From: Candidatus Poribacteria bacterium
GTDB taxonomy: Bacteria; Poribacteria; WGA-4E; WGA-3G
Assembly: GCA_963663765.2 (NCBI GenBank)
Contig: CAXXUA010000004.1
Location: forward strand, 1 to 64,000
Direction: 5' to 3'
Length of the DNA stretch: 64,000 nt
Shown here: positions 62,254-64,000 of the stretch, piece by piece
How positions within the stretch are numbered: the stretch's first letter is position 1
How the letters are laid out: every line of letters starts with the position of its first letter
Translations under genes and position numbers: made by a program
Notes under the pieces: model-generated
Database searches by the model: none
Told to the model about the DNA's origin: nothing
The model's input: the letters and a program-made list of their open reading frames with translations, nothing else

Positions 62254-64000
62254 ATGAGGGTTACATATTTTATGCAGAAATTATGCTTTTTCTTACTTCT
62301 TTTGATGAGTCTTTCTTTTTTTCATGTGAACTTAATCACACATGCCTATGAACAGAAAGATAGATCAGAAGAATACTATTCACAACCTCAAAACCCATTA
62401 CATACACCATTCACGCCACGTGAGCTTATAGTCCGAATATCTCCTAATTCGACAATTGAACAACTTCGCGATTTTAGTCATAAATTCGGTGCTGAATCTG
62501 TTACATCAATCTTTTCCGTGAAAACTCCTGGAGGAAAAGATCTTGAGCTGCAACGTATCTTTCGGATCCAATTACCTAAAGGCACATCGTTAGAACGGTT
62601 ACTTGAGATATATGCAAAAAACAGTATGATTGAAGATGTTGAGATGAATAGGCTTAATCGTTTCTGTGCTGAGATAACACCGAGTGACCCACGATTTGAT
62701 GAACAGTGGAATTTACCAGCAATGAACATTCAAAAGGCATGGATCATTGAGCAAGGGAAATCCTCTGTTACAATAGCTGTTGTTGATAGCGGTATCATGA
62801 GCAACCATCCTGATTTGCAGAATAAAATTTGGCGTAATCCGGGTGAAATTGCAAATAACGGGATAGATGACGATACAAACGGTTATGTTGACGATGTCAT
62901 TGGTTGGGATTTTAGTGATGCACCAACTTTGCAAGGACTTGGTGATTGGAAAACACGAGATAATAGTCCTGATGACGAATCTGGACACGGAACCCAAGTG
63001 TCTGGGATTATCGCTGCTGAATCAAATAACAGTATAGGAATTGCGGGTATTGCTTGGGGATGTCGTATAATGCCGTTAAGAGCCGGATTTCGACTTGCTG
63101 GTGGCGGTTCATTCTTACAAAACGATGATATCGCTGCTGCAATAGTTTATGCTGCAGATAACGGTGCGGACATCATCAATCTTAGTCTTGGTGATACAGT
63201 GAATGCGTTTGTGATACAAGATGCTGTAGAATATGCTTATAGTCGTGGTTGTGTATTGGTTGCTGCAGCAGGAAATTCCTCAGAGTCAGGATCATATTAT
63301 CCCGCAGCACTTGAAAATGTCTTATCTGTTGCCAGTATTGATAATGACGGTCAATTGTCGGGTTCAAACTTCGGTGCATCCATTGCTATTGCTGCACCGG
63401 GTGAAGATATATTGACAACTGAACTTTTTATTCACAATTCTGCAGAGAGCGAACACTATGCATACAAATCCGGCACATCAATGGCAGCAGCACACATATC
63501 AGGAGTTGCTGCACTATTGGTCTCTGCGAATCCATCGTGTAGCAACTCACAAGTCTATCAGTGGATGACTGACACCGCACGGCAAACGACTGTGACCAAT
63601 CTTGTAGGCGCAGGGATTGTAGATGCTTATGCTGCTTTGGCTGCTCAGAGTAGTCTAATAGCAAATATCTATGTACAACATACTCCTGAAAATAAAGTAT
63701 CTGAGGTAAACACTCGCCTTTATATAAATGGTAGTGCAGGAGGTGCAGGATTTATGCAGTTCTGGCTTGAATACGGAATCTCTGAAACACCGGATCTCTG
63801 GTTTCCTATTGGTGTTCCACAGACAGAACCGAAGTACAACTCGCTTCTATACGAATGGAATACATCTGAATTAGACGAGGGGATTTATACGTTGCGACTG
63901 AGTGTTAGGGATGAAAATGAAAACACAATTAGGAAAAAGACTGTGGTGGAAATTCGTCATTCTCTTCCTCACATATCTAATCATGAAGCATCTATATGGC
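62254..64000 (+). CDS. S8 (subtilisin-family) serine peptidase, 3' partial
   Basis: Translated by hand (absent from the ORF track because it has no stop): signal peptide, IAVVDSG, SGHGTQVSGIIAA, AAAGN, SGTSMAAAH. Confidence 0.93.
   Translation, partial: MRVTYFMQKLCFFLLLLMSLSFFHVNLITHAYEQKDRSEEYYSQPQNPLHTPFTPRELIVRISPNSTIEQLRDFSHKFGAESVTSIFSVKTPGGKDLELQRIFRIQLPKGTSLERLLEIYAKNSMIEDVEMNRLNRFCAEITPSDPRFDEQWNLPAMNIQKAWIIEQGKSSVTIAVVDSGIMSNHPDLQNKIWRNPGEIANNGIDDDTNGYVDDVIGWDFSDAPTLQGLGDWKTRDNSPDDESGHGTQVSGIIAAESNNSIGIAGIAWGCRIMPLRAGFRLAGGGSFLQNDDIAAAIVYAADNGADIINLSLGDTVNAFVIQDAVEYAYSRGCVLVAAAGNSSESGSYYPAALENVLSVASIDNDGQLSGSNFGASIAIAAPGEDILTTELFIHNSAESEHYAYKSGTSMAAAHISGVAALLVSANPSCSNSQVYQWMTDTARQTTVTNLVGAGIVDAYAALAAQSSLIANIYVQHTPENKVSEVNTRLYINGSAGGAGFMQFWLEYGISETPDLWFPIGVPQTEPKYNSLLYEWNTSELDEGIYTLRLSVRDENENTIRKKTVVEIRHSLPHISNHEASIW

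Overview
AT-rich bacterial chromosome segment, most likely Candidatus Poribacteria (inferred from a LamG protein with the C-terminal VEPKDKLTTTWGKLK-type motif and from the gene repertoire). Housekeeping content: a PyrR-attenuated pyrR-pyrC-carA-carB operon, nagB, moaD/moaE, folB, msrB, sat, an nth-like glycosylase, a ClpX-like ATPase, a ChdC/chlorite-dismutase-family protein, ABC/Gld-like transport genes, an NCS2 permease and a partial S8 protease. No rRNA, tRNA, cas gene or true CRISPR array is visible. The most unusual content is intergenic and nested: (i) several GTAG-type REP families; (ii) at least four MITE end-families with readable target-site duplications (5 bp, 9 bp, TAA/TTA, TA), all carrying REP cargo; (iii) a tiny ~35-70 bp hairpin element found four times inside REP stems; (iv) a ~1 kb, 25-unit G-rich tandem array built from one REP half; (v) two IS200/IS605 (TnpB/omegaRNA) elements that share an ATGAA target motif, one of which split a gene just after its start codon; (vi) a DDE insertion sequence upstream of tandem GNAT paralogs. 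Several empty sites can be reconstructed exactly from the sequence. All family assignments are from motif recognition without database searches.
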